Source of the DNA: Spirochaetia bacterium
GTDB taxonomy: Bacteria > Spirochaetota > Spirochaetia > SZUA-6 > Bin103
NCBI GenBank assembly: GCA_965208575.1
Contig: CBDBOV010000004.1
Location: 1,024,001-1,088,000, forward strand
DNA: 64,000 bases
Reading direction: 5' to 3'
The number at the start of each line of letters is the position of its first letter. Within the stretch, counting starts at the first letter, position 1. Of this stretch, positions 60,776 through 64,000 are shown in pieces. Position numbers and translations under genes: made by a program. The notes below the pieces were generated by a model. That model was not told where the DNA came from and searched no databases. It was given only the letters and a program-made list of their open reading frames with translations.

Positions 60776-62449
60776 TTGCGACACCGGAGCCGTCGGGATC
60801 GAACGGGGCGGAGGAGATGCTGTACCCCGCTGACGGACGGAGGGCGTAGCCCGACCGGAGTCAGCCGGCGCGGTGCCGTGGAGGCCACCGTGGACGACGC
60901 CGAGATGGCGGACCAGGCAGCCAAGCTGCTCGCTTCCGGGATGAGCGGCTCAGCCTGCGCTCGCGAACTCGGCATCCCGGTGAGCACCTTCAACGAGAAC
61001 CGCCGCGCCGGCGTCATCACAGATCCCACCCGGGAGCCCGCCGCCAGCGCCGAGGTTGCGCCGGCGGCCACCACCACTGATCACCCGGTCAGCACCGCCG
61101 CCGCGGTCAGCGACCCGGCGGTCGCCACTGAGCGCGCCAGCCGCGACGCCCGCGACAAGCACGCGCCCATGGGCCGCGCGGCGCGCGACGTGGAACGCCG
61201 CACGCTCGCCAGAGCCGGCCTGCTGACCGAGGCCACACCAGCGTTCGTCGAGCCCGCCCACGCGGTCGCTGGCGGCGGCGTGCTGGCCGCACTGGCGATG
61301 CTGCTGCGCGAGGGCCTGCTCACCGCCGCCAACCGCCTGTTCCGCCTGCCGGCCGGATTCTACGGCCTGACCACCATCCTCCTGTTCGTCGCCTGCATGA
61401 CCCTGGCCCGGGTGCGCAACCCCGAGAGCCTGCGCTACCAGGCACCCGGCGAGTGGGGCGCCATCCTCGGCCTCGACCGCTGTCCGGAGACCAAGACGCT
61501 GCGCCGCAAGATCAGGCTGCTGGCCAGCGCCGAGCACACCGTGCGCGATTGGCAATCGGTACTGGCGCGTACCTGGGCCAGCGAGCACGACGACGACTGG
61601 ACGACGCTGGCCGTGGATGGCCACGTGAAGGTGTACACCGGGCGCAACGGGCGGTTGCCGAAACACTTCGTCGCACGCCAGAAGCTGTGTCTGCCGGCGT
61701 CGGTGAGCTACTGGATCAACGCCCTCGGCGGCGCACCGCTGCTGTGCCTGCACAAGGCGCTGGACCCGAAGCCGGTGAATGCGATCAAGCACGACGTGGT
61801 GCCGCAGTTGCAGCACCTGGGGGTGGTGACCGAAGCGGCCCCCGACCTGACCGGAGCACCGGCCGGTACCCCGCAGCTGACCCTGGTGTTCGACCGCGAG
61901 GGCTGGAGCCCGGACCTGTTCAAGCGCCTGGCCCGGCGTGGCATCGCCTGCATCACCTGGCACAAGAACTTCAACGGCGCGGACTGGCTGCCGGAAGACT
62001 TCCACACCTTCGAGGTACCGATCCATGGTCCCGCCGGCACCAGCACGACTGCGGTTGATCTGGCCGAGCAGCCGATCATGCTGCGCAACGGGCTGGTGGT
62101 GCGCCAGATCCGGCGGCGTCTGGCCAACGGTCGTCAGGTGGCGGTGATCACCACGCACCCGCAGATGCCGTTGGCGCAGGTCGCCGGCGCCATGTTCTCG
62201 CGCTGGTCGCAGGAGAACTTCTTCAAGTACCTGCGCGAGCAGTTCAACCTTGACGCGCTGCCGAGCCATGACCTTGCGCCGCCGGAGCCCGACGCACGGG
62301 TCGTGAACCGGTGCGCCGGGCCCTGGAAAAGAGCATCAGGCGGGTACGCAGCCGGCTGGCAGCGGTCCGCAATCGCCTCGCCGAGGCACTGCAGGGACGG
62401 CACCGGGACTCCGCCACCCGGCTTACGGTCGCGGATAAAGTTGCACTGA
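60776..62449 (+). pseudogene. Decayed passenger DDE transposase, copy 2
   Basis: Translation identical to 28864-30537, including the frameshift; flanked by repeats 60496-60559 and 62468-62531. Confidence 0.75.
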
Positions 62450-62591
62450 ATTGCATGGTTATGCATAGACACGGGGGTATCCAGACACCACCTCGTGTCG
62501 TGGAGGGGCCTTACAGCGCGGCTGAGGCGACGTTTTCTCATCGCTGACCGCCCATTCTCCGATTATCGACCGTCAGACCCGCCTGAGAGGG

Positions 62592-63866
62592 TCATTTTGC
62601 CGTGCGACCGCTGCCACCACGCTCCTCGCTCGGTGTTTGCACCGTGCTTGGTGCGGCCTTGGCGGTCTTGCTGACGTTCAGCTGCAGCAGATCCTCGGTC
62701 AACCTGGTCAGCTCGCGCTTGAGGGCGACCGGATTCAACGTCGCGTACTGCTGCTTGAGGCGGTTCTTCACCTTCTCGCTCACCGACTCGGAGGCCAGCA
62801 TGCGGTGATACGGCGTCTGCGGGTCGTCATAGATGCGGCGCACCTTGCTGCCGGTGCGGGTTTTCTTCACCAGCTTCACCGAGGGATAGAAGAAGTTCAC
62901 CAGCAGGCACAGCGGGCGGTATATCGCGTTGAGGGCAGCCAGTTCCCGGTCGGTGTCGTAACGCAGGTGGCCGACCGCCCGTCGCACCACGTGGCCATTC
63001 TTCTGCTCGACGTAGCAGGTGTCGTTCTTGCGATGCGGGCGACCCCGAGTGAACGTGATGCCGTGCGCTTCGCAATAGCGCAGCAAATGATGATTGATGA
63101 ACTCGCTGCCGTTGTCGGTGTCGATCCCCCGCATCACGATCGGCAGGCTCTGCCGGGCAGCGTCGATCGCCTCGTGGGTCCAGCGCTGCGCCTTGTTCTG
63201 CACGCCGTACAGGTCGACCCAGCCGGTGTCAACGTCGGTGATGGTGAGCGTGTGGCAGAAGTCGCCTGACGCGTTGCCGCCTTCATGGCCCACCAAGTCG
63301 ATCTCGAAGAAGCCCGGCTCCTGCTCGTCCCAGTCAGCGAAGGTTCGGATCGCGATCTGATCCTTCAGGAGGGTGCCCGGCTTGGTGTGCGTGCGACCCT
63401 TCAGGCGCAGCCGTGCGCGCTCCTGCTGCAGCAGCCGGTCGATGGTCGCGGCGCTGATGGTCTGCAGCTTGCCGCGCACCGCTGCGGTCAGCTCGATCTC
63501 GCCGAACGACTCCAGCGTCGGCAGCATGGTGCGCAGCACGACCACCAGGCGCTTGCCGCACATGCAGTCGAACACGTACCAGATCAGCTTCAGAGCGACC
63601 AGCACCTCCTGGTCGTAGCGCCGCGGTCGCACGCGGCGCTGGGCAGGCCGCGGACGCCCGACCACCAGCTTCACCAGTGTGCCGTCGACTCGCACCATGC
63701 GGGTCCGTCCCCACCAGGTCAACAGATGGATCGCGTACTTGCGCTGGTACCCGGTCGACTCGACGAACTCGTCGAGTATGCGCCCCTTCTCCTTCTTGCC
63801 CGCCCGACGATACCGCTGCGCGTGCTGCTCGGTGAGCTCTCGCCTTGAACTCATCTTCAACCCCAT
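62592..63866 (-). CDS. DDE integrase-core transposase, copy 2
   Basis: Translation identical to 30680-31954. Confidence 0.92.
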   Translation of the reverse strand: MGLKMSSRRELTEQHAQRYRRAGKKEKGRILDEFVESTGYQRKYAIHLLTWWGRTRMVRVDGTLVKLVVGRPRPAQRRVRPRRYDQEVLVALKLIWYVFDCMCGKRLVVVLRTMLPTLESFGEIELTAAVRGKLQTISAATIDRLLQQERARLRLKGRTHTKPGTLLKDQIAIRTFADWDEQEPGFFEIDLVGHEGGNASGDFCHTLTITDVDTGWVDLYGVQNKAQRWTHEAIDAARQSLPIVMRGIDTDNGSEFINHHLLRYCEAHGITFTRGRPHRKNDTCYVEQKNGHVVRRAVGHLRYDTDRELAALNAIYRPLCLLVNFFYPSVKLVKKTRTGSKVRRIYDDPQTPYHRMLASESVSEKVKNRLKQQYATLNPVALKRELTRLTEDLLQLNVSKTAKAAPSTVQTPSEERGGSGRTAK

Positions 63867-64000
63867 CTCCTCCGGAACCTCCTCACGTCCCTCGGAGAGG
63901 CTCCAACCGGACCCGGAAGGTCCAGCCCGTTCGGTTAGATTTTTAGATGAGGCATGCTTTCGCTACGGTTAGATTTTCGATGAGTCAATGCGGGGCGTTG

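Larger units (their letters stand above)
60198..63992 (-). mobile_element. 3,795-bp composite IS/transposon, copy 2; 5-bp target duplication GGGCG
   Basis: Same ends and ORFs as copy 1; GGGCG at 60193-60197 and 63993-63997. Confidence 0.93.

Noticed and set aside
28286-63992. A single 35.7-kb composite transposon bounded by the two element copies
   Set aside because: Each copy has its own distinct target duplication and the outer flanks (CGCCC vs GGGCG) are not direct repeats, so these are independent insertions. The interval holds housekeeping genes (mfd, metK).

Overview
High-GC (~70%) bacterial chromosomal window. Gene order (infC-rpmI-rplT-zapB-zapA, nagZ-GNAT), spirochete-type signal peptides and the many Ig-like lipoproteins and PhyH dioxygenases suggest a Spirochaetaceae-like, possibly sponge-associated organism (inference only). 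The backbone is housekeeping: cysteine desulfurase-thiI, hisHF, metXW, tsaEB, a Gld-like ABC system, mfd, yprA/yprB (mrfAB) and metK. The accessory content is: (1) an IS3 that splits a Calx-beta/Ig-like lipoprotein gene, next to a (TG)42 microsatellite; (2) an IS1634 upstream of a peptide-type ABC cluster whose binding protein is frameshifted; (3) a low-GC Gabija-like OLD nuclease plus UvrD pair wedged into a DNA-repair gene run; (4) a VapBC module; (5) an FN3-repeat lipoprotein; (6) two apparently identical copies of a 3,795-bp composite element (28286-32080, 60198-63992). Each copy has its own 5-bp target duplication followed by TTG, an intact DDE transposase, and a decayed unrelated transposase bracketed by 64-bp structured direct repeats. 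One of two tandem PhyH-family enzymes has a halogenase-like HxG motif in place of HxD.
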